The notes beneath the pieces were generated by a model. The model did not search any database, was not told the DNA's origin, and worked only from the letters and a program-made list of their open reading frames with translations. Shown here piece after piece: positions 1 through 8,625 of a stretch of 49,271 nt of DNA. The number at the start of each line of letters is the position of its first letter. Within the stretch, counting starts at the first letter, position 1. The stretch is from Priapulus caudatus (taxonomy: Eukaryota), in NCBI RefSeq assembly GCF_000485595.1, contig NW_014577068.1, positions 108,407 to 157,677 on the forward strand. The letters run 5' to 3'. The position numbers and the translations under genes are program-made.

Positions 1-660
1 TTTTATGTAGCGCAATTATAACCTAAATTAGCTGAAAATAACCTAGAACCTAGAGGCTACTGTTCCTTTAAACAATGGGGCCACGAACCCAGTCTACCAA
101 TCGATCGCTTGATAGTAGCTGTTGACATAGAACAAACGTATGATTGTAGAAATGACGCAACTAATCAGTTATAGCGCTCTCATAGGGAGGTATTCACATC
201 GCAACCACATCGCATGCGTGTGTTACTTGAAGCAGTCTATACAAATACTAGTGAAGCTAATAGTAGGTACATCCTTATCCAATAGTATAATTTATTAACA
301 AGGTTGTTATGTGAAAGTATTTGGACGGCGCTCCCCTCCACCTCCCAAACGTAAATCGCAGGAGGAGAAATTAATTAGATGGCCAGCGTGTCTATGATAA
401 GACGAAAAGGATGCGTGCGTTCCAGCCATGACCCAGCCAAGGGTATGACCTGTGGTGCAGGCTGTATGTCTGGTAGTTTTTTCTCCGGCACTACAAACTA
501 TCGTTTGGAAACTGTTAAAGCACATGATGCTTCCGAGGGGCACGAAACATCCTAGCAAAAAGAAATGGCCAAGAACCATGCCTGTTCGCGAAACAGTGGG
601 GGCCCAAGTGACCCAGACTGAGATTGAAATGGTGTGTGGCGATCAAAAGAGGTGATGAAA

Positions 661-1165
661 GTGCACACGCACGTGTACGTGCACACGCGAGCACACACGC
701 ACGGACGTGCACCGCACGTGTACGTGTGCACACGCACCCACGCACGCGCGCACGTGTACGTGCACACACGCACGCGCGCACGTGTACGTGCCCACGTACG
801 TGTACATGCACATGCATGCACGTGTACGTGCACACGCACGTACACACACACGCCCGCCACGTGCACACGCACGTGTACGTGCACACGCAACACACACACA
901 CAACACACACACACACACACACACGTGTACGTGCCTATGCACGCACGCACGTGTACGTGCACACGCCCGCACGTGTACGTGCACACACACGCACGCACGC
1001 AACCACGTGTACGTGCACACGCACGCACGCACGTGTACGTGCACACGCACCCATGCGCCCATGCACGCGCGCACGTGACGTGCACACGCGTGTACGTGCG
1101 CACGCACGCACGCACGCACGCACCCACGTGTACGTGCACACGCATGCAAGCGTACGTGTACGTGC
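661..1165. repeat. Compound CA/CG array built on the quasi-palindromic unit gcacgtgtacgtgcacac
   Basis: The unit recurs many times, separated by (CA)n/(GCAC)n spacers; it explains the overlapping low-complexity ORFs here. Confidence 0.9.
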
Positions 1166-1333
1166 AGATCAGCTTTTCTCCCAGATGTCTTTGCAGCTCT
1201 ACTTTGCAACTCTGATTTCAATTCATTTACGGGTTTTCCTTCGTAACTAGACGCCATTGTTTAGCACTAGCAGTGATACCGGACAGCGCACGCGCGCCAT
1301 CTATCCAGCGATTAGTAAATGGCGAACCCCATT
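1165..1333 (-). mobile_element. End of a DNA-transposon-like element carrying a truncated SAP-domain ORF, nested in the hAT fossil
   Basis: MASSYEGKPVNELKSELQSRAAKTSGRKADL (1257-1165) fits the SAP motif (V.ELK.EL..R....SG.K.DL). It breaks off at the repeat array. Putative terminus aatggggttcgcc at ~1333 abuts the resumed hAT frame. Confidence 0.6.
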
Positions 1334-2089
1334 AGAAATGCACATGCTATTGGAAAAAACGGCAGGTCCTACACCGATTACGTCAATCTGTGCCAGCTTG
1401 ACAAGGCCAAGGGGTTAGATGTCGGCAGCACTTACCTCACTGACAAGGCCTGTTCATTACGGCTATAGCCGATAATACACTGTCATTAGTACATTATACA
1501 GTACATATATTAGTACATTGTACATTATACAGTGTATTATCTGCTCTTGATTACGGCTATAGCCGATACAAAGCGCCGGGAACAGTTTGTAGCTATAAAT
1601 GAGGCCAAATTCCTTGCTGTGATAAGTGACGGATCCACAGATTCCTCATCAAAGGAGGCCGAAATTTTATTTTCGAATTAAAATTTTATTTAATTTAAAT
1701 TTAAATTTTATGATCCATATCAAAGTTACATGTATTTTATACAATTGAATGTCTTTTACAAAACCTTTCTGGGGGACACCCCTTGTACCCTGGGAGAGAC
1801 CCCCTGTACCCCCTAGCAGAAGGGGGCGGGCTCCACCCTCCTACCCCACCTACTTCTTGGCAAATCACAATTCTCGTCGCTCTGCGCCTAGTAAGAGTCC
1901 TTCGGCAGGACTAGTAGAATCTTGGAAGGACTAGTACATTTTTTCTTTTACTAGTCCTGTAGACTAAATGAACTAAAATGGTTAGTGTCTAACCCTGTGT
2001 TAATATATCCTTAATCAAATGTAAGGTTATTAAATATATGTATATATATATATATATATAACGTCTTGCTATGCACAAATGAATTTATC

Positions 2090-2140
2090 AGCAGAACACC
2101 AGACACCAGATGAGCCCTGTCGCTCTGCGGCACTTGTTTT
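2090..2140 (+). mobile_element. Isolated 3' end of a HINE-like element, same family as 2930-3662
   Basis: cagatgagccctgtcgctctgcggcacttgttttt resembles cagatgagcccagacgctctgcggctctttt at 3630-3660. Confidence 0.55.
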
Positions 2141-2454
2141 TCTATAACTGTCTAAACGTGAGTATGGTTAACTGTGACATGATATATGGAAAATGTGCAA
2201 GCACAGAACACATCGTATACACGTATATATAAATCATGTTCGTGACTCTCATTCAGTAATACAGAACAAAATTGACACATGCGCATGTTTAACTCATACT
2301 ATCTAACATGATATAGTATAATATTATAATTTAATTAGGTCTAGGGTTATATCTAGCTGAAGTTGGTTAACCCTACCTAACCCACATTTTACTTGGTGTG
2401 TCTAGGTATAGCTGCACCTAAGCCAACATTTAAAGTAATAATTTTTGTTTGCAG

Positions 2455-2588
2455 TGGGTGCACAGTGAGTCAGTGGTCTTCCGATGTCGTCATACCTCGC
2501 CAAGAGTTCCTTGGACGTGTGAAGGGAATCGATGCTTTATTCTGCAAATTAACGGAAAAAATCGATGCCGAACTATTAGATGCAGCTG
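2455..2588 (+). CDS. GRHPR: Glyoxylate reductase/hydroxypyruvate reductase, coding exon 2 (first seen in window)
   Basis: tttgcag|...|gtagga; GCTVSQWSSDVVIPRQEFLGRVKGIDALFCKLTEKIDAELLDAAG, typical of the GRHPR N-terminal domain. Confidence 0.92.
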
Positions 2589-2834
2589 GTAGGACGTTAA
2601 ATCAATAGGATTTTAAGTTGATAGAAAGTATATTTTTGTATGTATTGTATATGATTATTTACTTGATCGAATTTCAGTCTGTATATAGCCTGCAGCAGAA
2701 AAGTTAAATAATGCAAATCATTTTATAAAGCATAATTATTTAAACCTACTTTAATCTAAAATATGCTTATTCATATAATATTGTTTCCCTTTAAACAAAT
2801 GTTATCATGTCAGACTACATTATTTATGTTTCAG

Positions 2835-2907
2835 GACCACAGCTACGAGTAATAGGAACTATGTCTGTTGGCTATGAACATATTGATTTGAAGGAAATCA
2901 AAAATAG
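2835..2907 (+). CDS. GRHPR: GRHPR exon 3
   Basis: tttcag|...|gtcagt; (G)PQLRVIGTMSVGYEHIDLKEIKN(R), with the SVG substrate-binding motif; phases compatible with both neighbours. Confidence 0.95.
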
Positions 2908-2929
2908 GTCAGTGCTGAACATTTATAGC

Positions 2930-3662
2930 TTTTTAGCTCATCTGACATAGTCAGATGCAGCTTGTAGAATCGCATGATCGTCTGTCCGTGCGAGCGTCCA
3001 TCCGTCCGTCAACAGTTGGGCACAAATCTTAACCGCTCGACGTACGGTCACGATATTCGGCACATCGGGGGCGGGGGGGGTTGTCAAAACGAGTTGGGAT
3101 GTCGAAGCTGGNNNNNNNNNNNNNNNNNNNNNNNNNNNNNNNNNNNNNNNNNNNNNNNNNNNNNNNNNNNNNNNNNNNNNNNNNNNNNNNNNNNNNNNNN
3201 NNNNNNNNNNNNNNNNNNNNNNNNNNNNNNNNNNNNNNNNNNNNNNNNNNNNNNNNNNNNNNNNNNNNNNNNNNNNNNNNNNNNNNNNNNNNNNNNNNNN
3301 NNNNNNNNNNNNNNNNNNNNNNNNNNNNNNNNNNNNNNNNNNNNNNNNNNNNNNNNNNNNNNNNNNNNNNNNNNNNNNNNNNNNNNNNNNNNNNNNNNNN
3401 NNNNNNNNNNNNNNNNNNNNNNNNNNNNNNNNNNNNNNNNNNNNNNNNNNNNNNNNNNNNNNNNNNNNNNNNNNNNNNNNNNNNNNNNNNNNNNNNNNNN
3501 NNNNNNNNNNNNNNNNNNNNNNNNNNNNNNNNNNNNNNNNNNNNNNNNNNNNNNNNNNNNNNNNNNNNNNNNNNNNNNNNNNNNNNNNNACGACTGAAAT
3601 TTTACGTTTATAATCGTAGCAACAGACCTCAGATGAGCCCAGACGCTCTGCGGCTCTTTTTT
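2930..3662 (+). mobile_element. Non-autonomous Helentron-associated (HINE/DINE-1-like) element spanning an N-gap
   Basis: T-rich start, 5' hairpin agctcatctgac..gtcagatgcagct, (GTCC)n-like tract, 3' subterminal inverted copy cagatgagc plus a small hairpin and T-run. Confidence 0.7.
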
Positions 3663-3754
3663 ATAGTTATATTATTCTAAGAACTGTATATTTTTGTTTT
3701 GAGTTTAGTGAAACTAGCTTCAAAAAATGTAAAATAGTGACAGTATTATTGTTA

Positions 3755-3972
3755 TGCTGCATTTACACTATCGATTTTTGTCAGCAAATCGTCTGAGTCG
3801 TGCAAAATAGAACACGTTCTATTTCTCCATCTCGGCGACGTGATTCCGACTCCAACACAATCGAATTTCAGCCGATTAGTTGGAATGCACTTGGGTCAAA
3901 TCGAGGGGCAAGTTGGAATGTACTTGAAATCGCTACGATTTGCTGACAAAAATCGATAGTGTAAACGCAGCT
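3755..3972. mobile_element. MITE, PIF/Harbinger-like
   Basis: ~37-bp TIRs gctgcatttacactatcgatttttgtcagcaaatcgt / acgatttgctgacaaaaatcgatagtgtaaacgcagc, with TTA on both sides (3752-3754, 3973-3975). Confidence 0.85.
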
Positions 3973-3998
3973 TTAATATGTAAAATGATTGATTTTAG

Positions 3999-4115
3999 GA
4001 AAATTGTGTTAGGCTATACACCAGATGTTTTGACAGATGCAACAGCAGAACTCACTGTTGCTATACTACTTGCTTCTGCGCGTAGGATTTTAGAGGCAGC
4101 ACATGAGGTTAAAAG
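3999..4115 (+). CDS. GRHPR: GRHPR exon 4
   Basis: ttttag|...|gtattt; [38 protein letters not shown], with the conserved [14 protein letters not shown] motif. Confidence 0.96.
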
Positions 4116-4443
4116 GTATTTCTAATTGTCTACAATTAAGTAAATATCTAGTAATACGGAGATGAAATGGTTGCTCATATGTTGTTGCATATATTGCATA
4201 TGTGCATATGTTGTAACATATATATGTTATATGTTCATGGTTGTGTAGTTTTTCACTCATGTAACGTAAGTGAAGGCCACAAAAACTACATTCTAAAATT
4301 CTTCTCAGAACTGATTTTGTATTTCTATTTGTTCTATTTTGTGTGTTGGCTGTTTTTAATTAAATCTCAATTTATAATATTGAGATTATCCTGTAGGCCT
4401 ATAGGCTATATCCATATGTGTTTTTAAATTCAATCTTTTGTAG

Positions 4444-4532
4444 TGGTGGCTGGGGAAGCTGGCAACCTCTGTGGATGTGCGGTAAAGGATTAAAAGAATC
4501 TACTGTTGGCGTAGTTGGAGCTGGAAGGATAG
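4444..4532 (+). CDS. GRHPR: GRHPR exon 5
   Basis: ttttgtag|...|gtatgg; [29 protein letters not shown](G), containing the Rossmann GxGxxG motif. Confidence 0.96.
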
Positions 4533-4593
4533 GTATGGTTCCAGGTTATTGAGAATGAAATTATCAAGTGGAATAATTAAACAAATAGTTACT

Positions 4594-4751
4594 TACTGTA
4601 TACACTGTATATTTCGTGGTGGTTTAATTTTCGTGAATTTCACGAACGCAAAATAACAACACGCGGTTCTTCACTGATTCGGGAATTCCCCGACCGCGAA
4701 TTAACCACTCACGAAATTGTCCGTCGAGTCTGAATTATGGCGTATACAGTA
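4594..4751. mobile_element. Short MITE, Tc1/mariner-like (coordinates include the TA target duplications)
   Basis: tactgtatac...gtatacagta termini; internal inverted motifs ttcgtgaatttcacgaa. Confidence 0.7.
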
Positions 4752-4881
4752 GTGTATTTTATAAGAATTAATTATAATTATTATGCAATAAAATGCAACA
4801 ATCGAAACAATAGAACGTTGTTATCCCCGGATTGTTATATATTTTTACTGCAAACAACTACAGTGTAAATGAGCAGGGTGA

Positions 4882-5001
4882 TGTTGATAACGTGTCTAGT
4901 CAAATGCACAGGAGAGACAACAAACACGAGCTGCCATTAAAAGTGCATTCTTGGTAAAATCCCGTGATTTGACACGTTATCAACATGGTGGCAGCGGTGG
5001 G
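4882..5001 (+). mobile_element. LTR 3' end plus tRNA-Leu primer-binding site
   Basis: tgttgataacgtgtc...gacacgttatcaaCA (4882-4985) followed immediately by TGGtggcagcggtggg (4986-5001), complementary to the 3' end of tRNA-Leu; homologous to 6239-6345 in reverse. Confidence 0.75.
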
Positions 5002-5029
5002 GTTACTATGGCTTCTCCCTTCACAATAA

Positions 5030-6170
5030 TAATGCTGTCCTATACACTGAGAGAATCTCTGATGTCAAAATATGGTTTGCAACAGTCTGAGACATTTGCC
5101 TTTGCTTCACACCATCCAGTCTCTATCAAATCACTCAGTGCTTGTAGTTCACTGTCAGAGATTGTCGCTGCACGAATTTATGTTCGTCTCGTATCTGAAA
5201 TATCATCATTGACCTCGACACACATAATTGTAGGTTGGTAAACAGGGTCTTCCTTCCTGTATTCTCTGCTGAGGCAATCAACAATGACGACTGAGGTTCC
5301 TTTTTAGGAAGTGAAATTCGCTGTCATGGCGATACAGCTTCATCATTATATCTTGCAGGCGTCGAGGAGTGCTGTTAATTGGTTTACGTAGGATGGATTC
5401 CAGGGGTTTGTGATTATTTTCCATTATAACTTTGCATCTGTAACAGGGTTGTAGCCAGGACAATTTTAGTGCCGGCTAATATCAGTGATTGCGAGCGTAG
5501 TGAGCGGAGCGAACGGAGCGCAGTGGTTCATGGCTGGGGGTCCAGGGGCCCGCATTTACGCATTTTATGCATAATTATTGTTGAGATTAAACTGAGTTGT
5601 TTTTTAAATTAATTCTAAGTGTATCAGTTGTGATTATTTGTAGATAGCTCAATATTTTAAAGGTAATTTTACACAAACTCAATCATTTTTGTGCCGGTCC
5701 GAAGGATATTATTTAAAGCTGCACGCCGGTCGGCCAACACCAGAGCCGGCTATTACTGACCGGCTCTGACCGGCGTAGCTACAACGGTGATCTGTAAGTG
5801 TACTGTAAGTGTGACACCGTAAAGAATCGTGAGAGCTTCTTTCTCTATTTGTGCCCACTTGCGTTCCGATGTCGTCAGAGCATCAGCACCTAGTCCATGC
5901 TTGCTACTGTTCACCTTTAGGACGAGTTCCTTAGAAGTATCGAAATACACTAGTACTGGTGTATTGGGGAGTTTCTCATCCACAGTAGTGGAATGCTTGT
6001 TCACACTCTAAAGTCAAATTAAAGTCACTTTACTTGTGCGTCAGCACACGCAGTGGTTCTAGCATTACAGAGAGACCCAGCATTAATATTGTCATGTATT
6101 GGACCATTCCACAGAATCTTCTCAGACCAGCCACGTCAGTTGGGTTGGGCATCTGACAATAGCTGCTATC
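5030..6170 (-). mobile_element. Ty3/Gypsy pol fragment (RT thumb, RNase H and downstream linker), degenerate
   Basis: MPNPTDVAGLRRFCGMVQYM; PVLVYFDTSKELVLKVNSSKHGLGA; ALTTSERKWAQIEKEALTILYG; NHKPLESILRKPINSTPRRLQDIMMKLYRHD. These are canonical Gypsy RNase H motifs, broken by stops and deletions. Confidence 0.88.
5444..5789. mobile_element. hAT-type MITE inserted in the Gypsy RNase H fragment
   Basis: TIRs cagggttgtagc / gctacaacggtg; exact 8-bp target duplication atctgtaa at 5436-5443 and 5790-5797. Confidence 0.9.
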
Positions 6171-6171
6171 T

Positions 6172-6238
6172 TCTGAGGCCCTGGTTTGAGCCATCAGTCT
6201 CTTTGTAGGCATGGGTTCGAATCCCACCACTGCCACCA
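6172..6238 (+). pseudogene. 5'-truncated tRNA-Leu-derived sequence ending in genomic CCA (extended primer copy), not a functional tRNA gene
   Basis: tctgaggccctggtttgagccatcagtctctttgtaggcatgggttcgaatcccaccactgccaCCA matches the D-arm end, anticodon arm, long variable arm, T-loop GGTTCGAATCC and acceptor of tRNA-Leu; directly abuts an LTR end (tgttgat...). Confidence 0.78.
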
Positions 6239-6485
6239 TGTTGATGACGTGTCGAGTCACAGGCTTTTTCCAGGAATACGTTGTTAATGGCAGTTCGCAT
6301 TTGTTGTCTCTTCTGTGTATTTTCCTCTGAAATCCCGTGACTCGACATGATGTGATTAACAGGAATTTACTCCCAGGTTGAACGCACACAATTGAATTGA
6401 CGCATAACTGTGTATAGATAGATGTACAACACTAAACACACTAAACATAACACAGTCAACACAGCAAACGAGGAGACGTCTTACA
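6239..6485 (-). mobile_element. LTR in minus orientation; distal boundary uncertain
   Basis: Minus strand ends ...gacacgtcatcaaCA then the PBS TGGtggcag; 6239-6345 is similar to 4882-4985; a possible TGtaagacg start lies at 6485. Confidence 0.6.
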
Positions 6486-7294
6486 TTCTAGTCCTGTTAA
6501 AATGCAGCCTACCTCTATACGGAGATACAAGATAGTCATTATACCTAAGTTCAAGTGTAAAACAAAATTGCGCATCTAATTCTAAGCAGCTATCAACAAC
6601 TACCAATCTCTGTGAAGCCAGATTTTTTATTGGTTATATGATCCCACGAATCCCTAAAGGTATGATGACGAGTGACCTCTGTAAACAGTCTGTAATCATG
6701 CTTCTTTATCTGGTCACGTCACGTGTTGTATTCACAAGCTTTACAATTAGGGTCAGCCATGTCTGGTTGTGAAATGTAGTAATCATACTTTATAAAAAGA
6801 ATGCGAGGATTTGGCAAAAAAATTGTTGGTCAAAGCTGTTGGAATTGCTCACACCAAAACAAGCCTATCTCTAACTGTGGGGGTCACGTTTCTAGGAAAT
6901 GGTGTGGTTATAGATTTTAAAACAATCTTCTTTCTCCCCCTCGATCCTTTACATAATCCAGTGCATATCCGATTATCTCCTTTCTCTATCTCTTTCTCTC
7001 ACTCTCGTTTACCTCTGCTGCAGAATTTTAAAATTGCTATCATAAATGAAGAAATTGTAAAGAAATAGTAAACCGTTAATGTTTGAATTCTGTGATTGGA
7101 ATGGAAAATGCGTGGTTGGATAGGGATTACTGTTTCTCCGTTTGAAGAGAAGTTCTTTCTGTGTCTAGTAAGAAGCAGTTTTGCATATAATAAGTGGTAT
7201 AGTAAATAACGTACGGTAATGAAAATAGTGGCAACAATGGGAAAAAGTCTTCATTGATATAAAAAATTAATATTAAATAAATATTTTCGTGTAG

Positions 7295-7372
7295 GTCAAG
7301 GCGTCATAGATCGGTTGAAGCCTTTCAAGGTATCGAAATTCCTTTACTGCAATAGGAATAGGAATTCAGAAG
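7295..7372 (+). CDS. GRHPR: GRHPR exon 6
   Basis: gtgtag|...|gtaatg; (G)QGVIDRLKPFKVSKFLYCNRNRNSE, with the RLKPF motif. Confidence 0.92.
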
Positions 7373-7830
7373 GTAATGGTTGTTTCAGTTATTGTATGTG
7401 ATTTATAATTAATGCATTGATGGTAATATAATGTGCCATAGAATAAACCAAATTTACGTTTGTATATTAGGTTCTATATATGGTATCAGACTTTTTATGG
7501 TCATAGAAGTGTCTTGACTCGAAAGACGAAAGAAATATAAAAAATGTATTATATGGCTGCCAAAGTTTTTCTCTGATTATCCTTCAGAGTCATGGAAGTA
7601 GCCCTCATTAGTTGCATCATACAATTTACATTGTGCTGAGACTCTTCATTATTGTTATAATTTAAGCTTTACAATTTCAAACAATAAAATGCACACAGAA
7701 GAAAACGCAATGGGGAAACAAGCAATCATTTAGGAAAGCTCAACCACCATACAGTTATTGACGAAACTGTCATGCTGTCATACACGTAATGTACGCAGCG
7801 TAAGGCTATGCGACATGCTCGTCATTACAG

Positions 7831-7989
7831 TGGAAGCAAAGGGGCCGAGCACGTGCCACTGAACAGACTTATGAAGGAGTCTGACTTTGTGGTCGCCTGC
7901 TGTGCGTCAACACCAGAAACCCATAAGATGTTCAACAGAGAAGCATTCGCACAGATGAAGTCTGATGCAGTCTTCGTGAACACCAGCCG
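7831..7989 (+). CDS. GRHPR: GRHPR exon 7, apparently 1 nt short near 7838-7844
   Basis: ttacag|...|gtgagt; GAEHVPLNRLMKESDFVVACCASTPETHKMFNREAFAQMKSDAVFVNTS(R). The frame joins exon 6 only with one extra base in aaagggg, or via a weak AAG acceptor with exon start 7842. Confidence 0.88.
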
Positions 7990-8625
7990 GTGAGTTACAG
8001 CTGCAGTGTTCGTGAACACCAGCCGGTTGGAGTTACAGCTGCAGGCTGTTCGTGAACACCAGCTGGTGAGTTACAGGTGCATGTCTTCGTGGAACACCCA
8101 AGCTGGTTGAGGTTTACAGCTGTAGTGTTTCGGTGAACACCAGCCGGTGAGTTACAGCTCGCATTCAGTGTTCGTGAACAGCCAGCCGTGAGTGTTACAG
8201 CTGCAGTGTTCGTGAACACCAGCTGGTGAGTTACAGCTGCATTCTTCGTGAAACAGCCGAGCTGGAGTGAGCAGGCTGCGGTGGTTCGTGAACGGCGCAG
8301 TCTGGTGAGTTACAGCTGCAGTGTTCGTGTAACGCCAGCTGGTGAGTTAACCAGCTGCAGTCTTAGTGAACACGCCAGCTGGTGCGAGCGGTTACACGGG
8401 CGAGTGTGCGTGAACCCGAGGTGGTGGAGGGTACAGCTGCGAAGTGCGGTGGAACACCGAGCGCGAGTGAGTTATGCTGTCAGTGTTCGTAGAGTACAAG
8501 CAGCTGGTGAGTATCAGAAACAGGGCGTGCAGCGTGGGTTCGCGGTGGGGGCGTGGACACCAGCTGTTGGGAGTTAGCGCTGGCCAGGTCGTCTCGTGAA
8601 CGCCGAAGCAGTTGACTTTACCAGC
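7966..8625 (+). repeat. 36-bp minisatellite derived from the exon-7/intron-7 junction (error-rich copy)
   Basis: Unit gtgagttacagctgcagt[c/g]ttcgtgaacaccagc[c/t]g; roughly 16-17 increasingly noisy copies. Confidence 0.92.

Larger units (their letters stand above)
309..1997 (+). mobile_element. Decayed hAT-superfamily (ZNF862/TTF-zinc-finger type) transposon with its right terminal inverted repeat
   Basis: Manual translation gives M*KYLDG..KRKSQEEK..YDKTKRMRAFQ..FFSGTTNYRLETVKAHDASEGH (309-546), RNAHAIGKNGRSYTDYVNLCQLDKAKGLDVGSTYLTDKAC (from ~1334) and ITAIADTKRREQFVAINEAKFLAVISDGSTDSSSKEAEI (~1550-1670; DGSTD is the first catalytic Asp motif). Stops and frameshifts are present. Ends in gttagtgtctaaccctg (1981-1997), a hAT-like CAGGG terminus. 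The left end was not seen. Confidence 0.8.

Noticed and set aside
515..1250. Overlapping His/Thr/Cys/Val-rich ORFs
   Set aside because: Translations of CA/GT repeats, open in most frames; the same applies at 18.4-18.9, 22.7-23.4, 38.6-39.2, 42-43.5 and 45.9-46.8 kb.
1..2454. GRHPR exon 1
   Set aside because: No ATG exon with the expected V.VTR-type motif and a phase-2 donor was found; the region is mostly transposon fossil, so exon 1 is probably upstream of the window.
2974..3680. Long ORFs containing X runs (also 19.4-20.5 kb and 42-43.5 kb)
   Set aside because: They only span assembly N-gaps.
6172..6238. Functional tRNA-Leu gene
   Set aside because: The 5' acceptor strand and A-box are missing, the anticodon arm is degenerate, CCA is encoded and it abuts an LTR end.
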